From an uncultured bacterium (lineage in GTDB: Bacteria > Babelota > Babeliae > Babelales > Vermiphilaceae), in assembly GCA_963701085.1 (NCBI GenBank), contig OY969561.1, forward strand, positions 1 through 64,000: a DNA stretch of 64,000 nucleotides, read 5' to 3'. Each line of letters opens with the position of its first letter. The stretch's first letter is position 1. A model generated the notes under the pieces. It was not told the DNA's origin, did not search any database, and worked only from the letters and a program-made list of their open reading frames with translations. Below are positions 52,374 to 60,724 of the stretch, one piece after another. A program made the position numbers and the translations under genes.

Positions 52374-53510
52374 TTAATATTCTTTTTCTAATACACGCAC
52401 ATACGATTCAAAGAGATATGCTTTATTACGTTGCCGTTGAGCTGTATGAGCAACTAATATTCCACTTTCAATAAATTGTTTTATGAGATTGTTGGCAGTA
52501 TTGTAGCTTTTGTTTAAGTGTATACTGAGTTCTGTAGCAGTAATGATTGGAAACTGAAACAAAATAGTTAGTGCATTTTCAGCCAGTTCCTTTATTTTTT
52601 GAAACGCCTTGCTGGAATGTATGGTCTGTTTAATGTTCTGCTCCAAGCTTTCTATATCTTTTGTTCTTTTATAGGCATCACTGCTGCTTTCTAGGATTGC
52701 ATTAAGATAATACTTAATCCATCCTTCAAAATCACCGTGTGTTCTGACGCGGTCGAGGTGTATATAGTATTCATGATGATGTTTTTTAAAGTAGTATGAT
52801 GGGTAAATAATAGGTGTTGATAGTAAGTTGCTATCAACAAGCATAAGCACGATGAGTAAGCGTCCTATACGACCATTGCCATCTAAAAAGGGATGAATTG
52901 TCTCGAACTGAACGTGAGCAAGACCTGCTTTAATGAGTGGAGGTAGTGAATCATCTTTATTAATAAATTGAGCAAGTTGCGCCATGAGATCTGGAATTTT
53001 TGCGGCGTATGTTGGTATAAGATTGCCGACGCGTACAGGTAATTGGCGATAATGTCCTGGATCTGCTTTGTTGGCATCATTGTCTAGATGCATGAGTTCT
53101 TTATGAGCTTTGAGGATAACTTGTGAGGCTATGGGAAGTCCATCTTGTTTAACCATGGAACAGGCTATTTCAAGTGCTTTTGTATAATTAAGCACTAATT
53201 GTGTCTCTTTATTGAGTTGTGCTCCAGAAAGAGGTTGGGTAAAAACGTCAAGAAGTGTTGTATGGATGCCTTCAATGGCTGATGATAAAAGAGCTTCTTT
53301 GATGACATATGCCTTAATGAATCTTTTTTGGTTTGGAAGTTTGCTAGTTATTTCATTTAACTGTCCTAGTTGATTCATTGCTGAGCCATAAAGGCTTGTT
53401 GTTTCTTCATCAATTACTAAAGAGGGATTGTGGGGAGGCAGAGGATGAGGAATAAAATAGTTTATAGTGCCAATCGTTTCATAGATGCCTGTTATTCTTT
53501 TCATATTCAT
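52374..53510 (-). CDS. Fic family protein (N-terminal Fic_N/DUF4172-like region, C-terminal HTH-like region)
   Basis: HPFLDGNGRIGR Fic motif; EALLSSAIEG inhibitory motif. Confidence 0.93.
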   Translation of the reverse strand: MNMKRITGIYETIGTINYFIPHPLPPHNPSLVIDEETTSLYGSAMNQLGQLNEITSKLPNQKRFIKAYVIKEALLSSAIEGIHTTLLDVFTQPLSGAQLNKETQLVLNYTKALEIACSMVKQDGLPIASQVILKAHKELMHLDNDANKADPGHYRQLPVRVGNLIPTYAAKIPDLMAQLAQFINKDDSLPPLIKAGLAHVQFETIHPFLDGNGRIGRLLIVLMLVDSNLLSTPIIYPSYYFKKHHHEYYIHLDRVRTHGDFEGWIKYYLNAILESSSDAYKRTKDIESLEQNIKQTIHSSKAFQKIKELAENALTILFQFPIITATELSIHLNKSYNTANNLIKQFIESGILVAHTAQRQRNKAYLFESYVRVLEKEY

Positions 53511-53687
53511 AAACTAACCTATCTTAAGAGGTGTTATATGCTTAATCTCTCAAATAAGAATAGCTTTTTTGTCTTCTTATTTCAACTTAGAGGTCTAAAC
53601 TGAAATAAGGAGCTGAAATTTTCTCTCTTATTTCAGTCTAGGGCTATTTTTTGAAATAACAATGCCGATAAAAAAAGGATGACCTAT

Positions 53688-54773
53688 CTATAAATAAATT
53701 GAAGATATTTCCTTACTTTCTAGATTGTTGGTAGTTACGGGTTGTTGAGATAATAAGGCTTGATCAAGAGCTGGCGTTGTTGTTTCATTGTGATAGAAAA
53801 AACGCCATTTAATCATTTTTCCGATGAATTCATCTGTTGCATAATTAGGAATTATTGCAGATTTTGATAATTTTTCGGCCTGTTTGTCGGCAACTGTCAT
53901 AAGATTTCTTTTTATCATTTTTATAGCGATACTTAGGTCTTGATCAGTGAGATTAATCATCAGCTTATTATTCATAAGTTTTTGTAGCACAGATAATTCA
54001 TTATTAACAAATTGATCTAATGTTATTCTTCCAAATAATTTTTTTCGTAATGATGTGTTAGATTTATTGATTAACTCTCGTACAGTATGTCTGTTTTCAT
54101 TCATAATGGAAGCATCAATACGTGGATCAAGCACGAGAATATTTATTATTTTTATATGATTCTTCTCGGCTGCACAGTGTAAAGCAGTCATTTTGCATAA
54201 GTTTTTCATATTTGGTTGTAAAGTTGGTTGTCGAAGTAACTCAATGATAATTTTTTTATAGCCATTTTTTGCTGCAATGATAAACGGAGTATTGCCTTCT
54301 TTATCAGGCATATTGATATTTAAAATTCTTTGTATTCTATTAAAATCATTTTTTTTTACTGCGTCTAATAGAGGATCCTCTGTATCCGAGTCGTCATGTG
54401 ATACAGATTTGCGCGGGGATTTTTCTATAGATGATGGTAGAGGTGGAGTAGATCGAGTGAGTGGGATAGAAGAATGCTTTTTTTTAGTTTTTTGTGATGT
54501 ATTTTCAGTTGTGGGTGGTGTAATTTCAATTTTTGGTGATGTATTCTCCATATTACAAGAATCATATGGTATAGATTGAGCGAGAGAGTTAGAATGGCGT
54601 TTTATTACATTTTTGCGCTGGGATTTTTCTATAGACGATGATAGAGATGGAGTAGATTGAGTAAGTTGGTGAGAAGCGCGTTTCCTTTCAATTTTTGGTG
54701 GTATATTCTCCATGCCATGTGTTGTTATTGCGACTGCAAAGCCAAGAAATAGAGCATAAGATATTCTAATCAT
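53688..54773 (-). CDS. Ankyrin-repeat protein with signal peptide and a Ser/Lys-rich internally duplicated N-terminus
   Basis: GNTPFIIAAKNG, TALHCAAEKN; signal ends HG-ME. Confidence 0.85.
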   Translation of the reverse strand: MIRISYALFLGFAVAITTHGMENIPPKIERKRASHQLTQSTPSLSSSIEKSQRKNVIKRHSNSLAQSIPYDSCNMENTSPKIEITPPTTENTSQKTKKKHSSIPLTRSTPPLPSSIEKSPRKSVSHDDSDTEDPLLDAVKKNDFNRIQRILNINMPDKEGNTPFIIAAKNGYKKIIIELLRQPTLQPNMKNLCKMTALHCAAEKNHIKIINILVLDPRIDASIMNENRHTVRELINKSNTSLRKKLFGRITLDQFVNNELSVLQKLMNNKLMINLTDQDLSIAIKMIKRNLMTVADKQAEKLSKSAIIPNYATDEFIGKMIKWRFFYHNETTTPALDQALLSQQPVTTNNLESKEISSIYL

Positions 54774-54880
54774 TATATGTCCATGTTAAAATATTTTTTC
54801 AATTATTTGTATCATGACTGTTTTTGATGCTGTATTGAGTTTAACGGTAAACATGAAGAAAAAAAAAGGGTTATATTTTC

Positions 54881-55678
54881 TTATTTTAACCATGTTTTGT
54901 TTATTGCATTTAAGCTGAGGCGGAAAAAAATCATATCCATAATAAAGTTATCGGTTGCATACGGAGGCAATAGAGCTGAAGGGGGTAAGTTTCCATCTGC
55001 TTCATGAGCGTCTAATGTTTCTTGTTTCTTTTCCATAGCCCGAATTTTAGTTTTTATCTGTTGTATTGTTTCATTTATAAGCTCAGTTGTTATAAGGCCT
55101 TGCTGATAGGTAGGCCTTATTGTTGTACAAAATTGTGTTGTGATTATATCAAGAGTGGCTCTTGCAAACATAGTTCTTCGTAGTTCGGTTAATTCATCAT
55201 GGAAAGTGACTAATCCATCATGTAGTTTGGTACCAGGTTTAGTACTTTTCATGAGATCACGGATTTTGGCAATATCGATGAGGTCCCTTGCCATTTTATT
55301 TTTTATATTTCTCATGGAAGTATCTATGCGGGGATCGCTGAAAAAGAGTGCGATTGCTACATCGTCTTGATTTTCTGCAGCATAATGGAAGGGAGTGTTA
55401 AGTTCTGGGTCTTGTACATTGGGATTGAAGTAGCGATTGCTTAAATGAAATTTAATTGTGTCATGATTTTTATTGCGGGCTGCGGTTATCAATGAATGTT
55501 CGATGTATATTTCTTTGTGTTCATTAATAGATGATAAAGACACAGATTTTTTTGAAGGCCTTCTTTGAAAAATCGATTTTCTATCTTTTTCTTTTGCGAT
55601 GATTTCTTTGGGTTCCATGCCATGTGCAGTTGTTAAAAATGTGAGACTGATAAAAAAAGCATAATGCATTTTAATCAT
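54881..55678 (-). CDS. Ankyrin-repeat protein with signal peptide (paralogue of 53688-54773)
   Basis: NTPFHYAAENQ; shared DPRID.S, LR...F.R.TLD and P.YATD.FI..MI..R; signal ends HG-ME. Confidence 0.82.
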   Translation of the reverse strand: MIKMHYAFFISLTFLTTAHGMEPKEIIAKEKDRKSIFQRRPSKKSVSLSSINEHKEIYIEHSLITAARNKNHDTIKFHLSNRYFNPNVQDPELNTPFHYAAENQDDVAIALFFSDPRIDTSMRNIKNKMARDLIDIAKIRDLMKSTKPGTKLHDGLVTFHDELTELRRTMFARATLDIITTQFCTTIRPTYQQGLITTELINETIQQIKTKIRAMEKKQETLDAHEADGNLPPSALLPPYATDNFIMDMIFFRLSLNAINKTWLK

Positions 55679-55822
55679 AGTAGGTCCATGTTAAATTATT
55701 TTTTTTGGTTAGTTATACAGGGGACATCCTGATATTTTATCAAGTTTAGCAACAAGCATGAGACGAAGGAAGATTTAGTTTTTTTTCGCAAATATCATGC
55801 GAAGGTGGGAGCTTTATTAATT

Positions 55823-55855
55823 TGTCCGTCTACGTTCTTTGAACTACGTCGGACA
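55823..55855 (+). repeat. Family A repeat
   Basis: TGTCCGTC-TAC-GTTC-TTT-GAAC-TAC-GTCGGACA. Confidence 0.75.
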
Positions 55856-55912
55856 GTCTTCTTTACAAAACTTCAATGTTAATTTTTTTTGCAATATTGA
55901 TTTGTTGGCGTA

Positions 55913-55944
55913 GCCAGACGAAGTTGCGCAGCAACGAAGACTGG
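55913..55944 (-). repeat. Family A repeat fused to the CCA of tRNA-Ser(TGA)
   Basis: Minus strand CCAGTC-TTC-GTTGC-TGC-GCAAC-TTC-GTCTGG. Confidence 0.8.
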
Positions 55945-56033
55945 AGGAGAGAGTGGGATTCGAACCCACGATCCCGATCTCTCGGAATAACGGTTTTCAA
56001 GACCGCCGCATTCGGCCGCTCTGCCATCTCTCC
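55942..56033 (-). tRNA. tRNA-Ser(TGA)
   Basis: GGAGAGATGGCAGAGCGG...CT-TGA-AA, long variable arm, GGTTCGAATCC...CCA. Confidence 0.95.
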
Positions 56034-56059
56034 ATCGATATATGTAAAAGAATTGTTTT

Positions 56060-56163
56060 GCCCTACTTCGCTCTGCGAGCTACGAAGGGTCTTCTTAAGT
56101 TTTCATATGGCCTGCCATACGTCCTTCGACAGGCTCAGGATGAGCGGAAGAAGCGAAGTATGG
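56060..56163. repeat. Inverted pair of family A repeats downstream of tRNA-Arg; a family B unit (56122-56147) is nested in the tRNA-proximal one
   Basis: GCCCTACTTCGCTCTGCGAGCTACGAAGGG + CTTCTTAAGT spacer + GCCATACG[TCCTTCGACAGGCTCAGGATGAGCGG]AAGAAGCGAAGTATGG. Confidence 0.8.
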
Positions 56164-56237
56164 CGCGCCCGGAAGGAGTCGAACCTGCAACCTTCAGATC
56201 CGTAGTCTGACGCTCTATCCAATTGAGCTACGGGCGC
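56161..56237 (-). tRNA. tRNA-Arg(ACG)
   Basis: GCGCCCGTAGCTCAATTGGATAGAGC...CT-ACG-GA...GGTTCGACTCC...GCCA. Confidence 0.96.
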
Positions 56238-56277
56238 ATATATTTCAAAATTTAATCAATCGATTTTTACTTTTTAT

Positions 56278-56364
56278 TGCCCTACGACGCTCTAATGAGC
56301 TTCGAAGGGCATACTTCTTAAGTCTTCTGCTGGCTGCGCCATACGAAGCCTTGGCGAAGTATGG
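56278..56364. repeat. Inverted pair of family A repeats downstream of tRNA-Ser(GCT)
   Basis: TGCCCTACGACGCTCTAATGAGCTTCGAAGGGCA + CTTCTTAAGT spacer + GCCATACGAAGCCTTGGCGAAGTATGG. Confidence 0.8.
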
Positions 56365-56452
56365 TGGAGAGAGAGGGATTCGAACCCTCGTGCCCGATTT
56401 CTCAGACTCTTGCTTAGCAGGCAAGCGCTTTAGGCCGCTCAGCCATCTCTCC
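56362..56452 (-). tRNA. tRNA-Ser(GCT)
   Basis: GGAGAGATGGCTGAGCGG...CT-GCT-AA, long variable arm, GGTTCGAATCC...CCA. Confidence 0.95.
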
Positions 56453-56676
56453 CTCTTTTCCTCCGAATTTTACCGCGTCCTCTGTAGCATTAGCACAAGA
56501 GGATGCAAAAGGAGGATTGGGCTAATATATACAAAAGGATACTGTCATTTACTATTTTTTCAAGTACCATTATGAATCTTTTGTTTAAATATAACATTTT
56601 TTAAACTATTGTATATTAATTTTAAGCTGAGTTAAACTTGATAATAATGCTGAAATTGATCGATTAGGAGGGTAAA

Positions 56677-56964
56677 ATGGCATTTATTTTTGATGTAAAA
56701 GTTTTTCCTAGCTCGCAAAAAAAGGGTTGGGTAATTGATAAAACAGGCAATTTAAAATGTTATCTTAAGAGCCCTGCAGAGCAGGGAAAGGCAAATGATG
56801 AGCTTATTAAAAGTCTTGCAAAAGCGCTTGGTGTTACACAATCTATGATTTCTATTACATCGGGCGCTCAATCGCGTAAGAAACGGATAAAAGTTGATGT
56901 TGATATGACCTTTAATCAACTTTTAGAGTTATTGGGAATTGATTGGCAGATGGATATGTTTTGA
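56677..56964 (+). CDS. DUF167/YggU family protein
   Basis: VKVFP, SPAEQGKANDELIK.LAK.LGV, ISITSGAQSRKK. Confidence 0.9.
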   Translation: MAFIFDVKVFPSSQKKGWVIDKTGNLKCYLKSPAEQGKANDELIKSLAKALGVTQSMISITSGAQSRKKRIKVDVDMTFNQLLELLGIDWQMDMF

Positions 56965-57053
56965 ACCCCATTTCCATTACATTTCAATGGGGACCCCAAT
57001 TGGAGTAAGACGTAAATTGGGGTTAAAAAATGGGGCTAAGTTGATAGGAATGT

Positions 57054-58241
57054 ATGCCGTATTTTAAATGGGTTGGCGTGGATGCTGTTGGTTCTACCAA
57101 AAAGGGTAAGCAAGCGGCATATTCATCACACGAGTTGTCAGAACAACTTTTGGGCCGTGGGGTTGCGTTGTTGCAATGTAAACCCGTGTATACGCCATTA
57201 TTCTTTTGGCCTATCACGAGTAAAATAAAAGGTGATTTGTTTAAACAAAAGGCAAAATTATTGCGTGCAGGGTTATTGTTGCCTCATACATTACAAATTG
57301 CTGCCCAACAATCCCATAATCCTTTTGTATATGATATTCTTTCTGATATAAGTCGTGATATTCAGCAAGGTGTTTCCTTTGCCAAAGCGCTTGAAAAACA
57401 GCATGATCTTTGTGATCCGATTGTTATGGTAATGCTGACTGCGGGGCATGAATCGGGCAACATTGTGAGTGCATTGGAAAATGTAGCACTTTATTTTCAT
57501 AAGCAATATGCATTTAATAAAGCCGTTCGTTCTTCCTTAGCAATGCCATTTCTGACGTTACTCTTTTTTATCGGCATTAGTCTGTTTATTTTTGTTTGTA
57601 TCATTCCACGATTTGCGGATATGTTCAGTTCTTTGCAGCAAGAATTACCAGCTCTGACTCGGTGTATGATTGAGGTGAGTGATTTTATTCGTAGCGCACC
57701 AATGATCTATCTAGTCGGAACGTTAGGGGTATTTGTTGTTGCTGCCTATTATTATGTCCATCATACAGGTAAAAAAGCATGGGATAACCTATTTATTAAG
57801 TTGCCCTTTATTGGCGTGGTAATATGGCAATATCACATGAGTCAGGCATTGCAAGCGTTAGCACTGTTGATTAATAGCGGTGTTACTTTGGTGACGGGGT
57901 TGAATATTGTGAGTGAATCAGTTGGTCATTGTTTAGTTAAATCCCAGCTCGCGGCATTACATGATGATGTTGCGGCAGGGCAGTTATTGAGTAATGCAAT
58001 GGCTGCTTCATCAATTTTTTTACCAGAAATTATTGGGTTGATTCGTATTGGTGAAGAAACAGGAACGCTGGGGCAATCGCTTGAAACTGCGGCGTTGGTC
58101 TATAATGATACATTAGAAGAATCGCTGCGACGATTTATTTTTTTTCTCCAGCCAACCGTTATCATTTTGCTTGGTTTATTAGTAGCAACCCTTATTTTTG
58201 CTGTATACTTACCTATTATGCAGCTTTCTCACGTTTTATAA
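57054..58241 (+). CDS. Type II secretion system F / PilC family inner membrane platform protein
   Basis: Two T2SSF domains (AGHESGN, IGEETGTL), IPRFA, QPTVII..G......A.YLPI. Confidence 0.9.
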   Translation: MPYFKWVGVDAVGSTKKGKQAAYSSHELSEQLLGRGVALLQCKPVYTPLFFWPITSKIKGDLFKQKAKLLRAGLLLPHTLQIAAQQSHNPFVYDILSDISRDIQQGVSFAKALEKQHDLCDPIVMVMLTAGHESGNIVSALENVALYFHKQYAFNKAVRSSLAMPFLTLLFFIGISLFIFVCIIPRFADMFSSLQQELPALTRCMIEVSDFIRSAPMIYLVGTLGVFVVAAYYYVHHTGKKAWDNLFIKLPFIGVVIWQYHMSQALQALALLINSGVTLVTGLNIVSESVGHCLVKSQLAALHDDVAAGQLLSNAMAASSIFLPEIIGLIRIGEETGTLGQSLETAALVYNDTLEESLRRFIFFLQPTVIILLGLLVATLIFAVYLPIMQLSHVL

Positions 58242-58263
58242 GATTTCTTAGGGGGAAATTATT

Positions 58264-60186
58264 GTGATCGTACTATTACTAGCGATTTTTTCTTTTTTTC
58301 AATTTGTTTCAGCAGATCAAGCATTGAGTAATTATGCAGAGCGTGTTCTTGATAGCGCTGTGTACCAGCAGCCTACACCATCTATTATTGGCGAGCGTGA
58401 ATGGAAAGAACTTCAGTTGGATCGTTTGGTGACTACTCTTGATCGTACTACAACATCATTTGGAAGATGGGGGTTGGTTAAATTGCTGCATCCCATTGCC
58501 GATAAAAAGCAACTACAAAAGCGTAAAGAAATTATTACTTTTTTGGTTGATAATCCCGAAAAAATGAATCTTTTTAAGCAACAACTTGAGCGAGTGCATC
58601 GTTTTGAGCAATCATTGTTGACGTATTGGGATGCTCAAGATCAGTTGAACCGCAGTGTTGAGCAGTTTTATTTTTCATCCATTGGGTTGCGTGAACTTAA
58701 TAAAAGCAGTATTGCATTAAATGTTAGCACTGCCTTAGAAGGATTTAATGCAGTAAAAAATCTTTTAAGCGTGCTTGCTATGTGGGGAGTTTCTAAGGAA
58801 TTTCTTTTTTGGTCTGCGGGTATCAAACCAAAATTTAATTTTTGGGAGGGTGTAAAATCAGGATTAATGGATCCTATTATGCGCCATTATCCATGGTTGT
58901 ATCAACTTGAACAGAAGTCACCTGAACAGGAGTCATACACATCAAAAGATTGGGCGCAAGCCACTTCTTGGGGAGATGTTTTTAATATATGGAAAAGTGG
59001 TGTTTCAGATAATAATGAAAAAATTTTTTCTGGGTTTGGTACTATTGGGGGTGCTTTAATGGCGACTGCATCAATGCTTTATTATGATTATCAATGGGTT
59101 AATACGGTTGATTTTATTGCACGACGAATTATTTTTATGAATCGTTCACTTAATCTATTGCAACAACGGGTATCGGATGCTGCTCAGTGTATTGCTGCTA
59201 TCATGGATTTACATAAACTTATTGCATTCCAGAACGCTGAACTGAGCGATTATTTGAATGTGGATGATGAGAGCGATGAGTTAGTAGAAAATTTTGTTAA
59301 AAAATTAGTGCAACAGCGCTTTTTGCAAAAACCGGGTCTTTTGTATTCACGTGGTCATGTGCTGACGATGCATCAAGATATTAAACGAATGAAAAAGTTT
59401 TTAATTCCTTTACTTCATTCAGTTGCACTGCTTGATGCATATTGTTCTATTGCGCAGCTGTATAAAGAGAGTCAAGATGAGTTAGTAGTGTTTAGCTTTC
59501 CAGAGTTTGTCACGTCACCAACACCGTTTATACATTATCATAATGCATGGTTACCGTTATTATCATTTGATGAAGCGATTACCAATGATCTTTCTTTAGG
59601 TGGAGATACACCAGGTAAAATTATTATCACCGGTCCTAGTGGTGGTGGGAAATCAATTATTTTAGAAACATATGCTGTGGCGGCAGTGTTAGCACAATCG
59701 TGGTGTATTATACCGGCACAAAATGCTCGTCAAACGATGTTTGCTCGTATTAGAACGGCTCTTGCATTACAAAAAGAAAAGGGCTTGTCAGATTTTATGA
59801 CAGAGATAAAGACGATGGCAGGATTGCTTAATGATATTCGTAAATCAGATATAGATCATCCTATGCTTGTGTTGATTGATGAGCCGTATAAAACTACTGT
59901 TCCTGATGAATCAGCAAAGCGTATTTATCAGTTTGGGAAAGACATTGCCAGGTATTCGCATGCACTCGTTGGTATTGCAACGCACGTAAAAAAACCAATA
60001 TTGCTTGAACGTGATACGGGCGGCATTTTTGGCAATTACCAGGTGGAAATTAAAGAAAAATCTTTTGGTGTTTTTGAGCGTCTGTTTAAAATCGAAAAAG
60101 GCACAGCTATGTGGTGGTTTGAAGATGAGGACCAACGCAGCAGATTTATTGATTGGATTAGCACAAAAACTGTTGTTTCTAATTGA
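58264..60186 (+). CDS. MutS-related ATPase (domain V only) with a signal-like N-terminus
   Basis: LDRTTTSFGR, LDAYCSIA, IITGPSGGGKS, VLAQS, S.FMTE, LIDEP, IATH; GTG start after GGGGG RBS. Confidence 0.8.
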   Translation: MIVLLLAIFSFFQFVSADQALSNYAERVLDSAVYQQPTPSIIGEREWKELQLDRLVTTLDRTTTSFGRWGLVKLLHPIADKKQLQKRKEIITFLVDNPEKMNLFKQQLERVHRFEQSLLTYWDAQDQLNRSVEQFYFSSIGLRELNKSSIALNVSTALEGFNAVKNLLSVLAMWGVSKEFLFWSAGIKPKFNFWEGVKSGLMDPIMRHYPWLYQLEQKSPEQESYTSKDWAQATSWGDVFNIWKSGVSDNNEKIFSGFGTIGGALMATASMLYYDYQWVNTVDFIARRIIFMNRSLNLLQQRVSDAAQCIAAIMDLHKLIAFQNAELSDYLNVDDESDELVENFVKKLVQQRFLQKPGLLYSRGHVLTMHQDIKRMKKFLIPLLHSVALLDAYCSIAQLYKESQDELVVFSFPEFVTSPTPFIHYHNAWLPLLSFDEAITNDLSLGGDTPGKIIITGPSGGGKSIILETYAVAAVLAQSWCIIPAQNARQTMFARIRTALALQKEKGLSDFMTEIKTMAGLLNDIRKSDIDHPMLVLIDEPYKTTVPDESAKRIYQFGKDIARYSHALVGIATHVKKPILLERDTGGIFGNYQVEIKEKSFGVFERLFKIEKGTAMWWFEDEDQRSRFIDWISTKTVVSN

Positions 60187-60236
60187 CGGTTATAGCTCTT
60201 TGGGGTATTCTAATAATACGTTTGAAATAAATAAAT

Positions 60237-60322
60237 GCCGGGGTGGCGAAATGGCAGACGCACGAGACTCAAAATCTCGCGATGGTAACATCATGTCGGT
60301 TCGAGTCCGACCCTCGGCACCA
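60237..60322 (+). tRNA. tRNA-Leu(CAA)
   Basis: GCCGGGGTGGCGAAATGGCAGACGC...CT-CAA-AA...GGTTCGAGTCC...ACCA; TTGACG-17nt-TATTCT promoter upstream. Confidence 0.96.
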
Positions 60323-60353
60323 TACTACGCCAAGGCTACGTATGGCGTGGCCA
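60320..60353 (+). repeat. Family A repeat fused to the CCA of tRNA-Leu
   Basis: CCATAC-TAC-GCC-AA-GGC-TAC-GTATGGCGTGGCC. Confidence 0.85.
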
Positions 60354-60381
60354 GCTAAATTGTAAAAAAAGGTAGCATTGC

Positions 60382-60723
60382 GTGGAAGTTCAAAACTGTG
60401 TTTTTTGTAAAATTCTTGCAGGGCAGTTACCCGCTAAAGTAATTGCGCAAACGGACGATATTATTGTTATTGATAATATTGCTCCAAAATCTCCTATCCA
60501 TTATCTTATCATTCCCAAAAAACATATTTCCGATATTACTGCATTAACTCAAGAAGATGTCACACTTGCTGGTGATATGGTGTTAATGGCAAAAAAACTT
60601 GCGGCAGATCTTTCTGGCTCGCAAGCTTTTCGTTTAATCGTTAATAATGGCTCTGATGTTGGTCAGAGCGTTTTTCATTTACACTTCCATTTTCTTGCTG
60701 GGCAAAAATTCCTCGATTACTAA
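60382..60723 (+). CDS. HIT family (HinT-like) nucleotide hydrolase
   Basis: CVFCKI, HYLIIPKKH, GQSVFHLHFH. Confidence 0.93.
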   Translation: MEVQNCVFCKILAGQLPAKVIAQTDDIIVIDNIAPKSPIHYLIIPKKHISDITALTQEDVTLAGDMVLMAKKLAADLSGSQAFRLIVNNGSDVGQSVFHLHFHFLAGQKFLDY

Positions 60724-60724
60724 A

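Noticed and set aside
56458-56516. Hairpin upstream of tRNA-Ser(GCT) as another family A copy
   Set aside because: TCCTCTGTAGCATTAGCACAAGAGGA resembles a degenerate unit but lacks the intact CTTCG/CTACG motifs; too uncertain to call.
55876-56575. ORFs 55876-56205, 55953-56210 and 56351-56575
   Set aside because: They are antisense translations of tRNA genes and repeats.
55942-60322. tRNA-anchored genomic island with att duplication
   Set aside because: No integrase and no duplicated tRNA 3' fragment seen in the window.
60005-60358. 117-aa ORF
   Set aside because: Overlaps the MutS-like gene end and tRNA-Leu; spurious.
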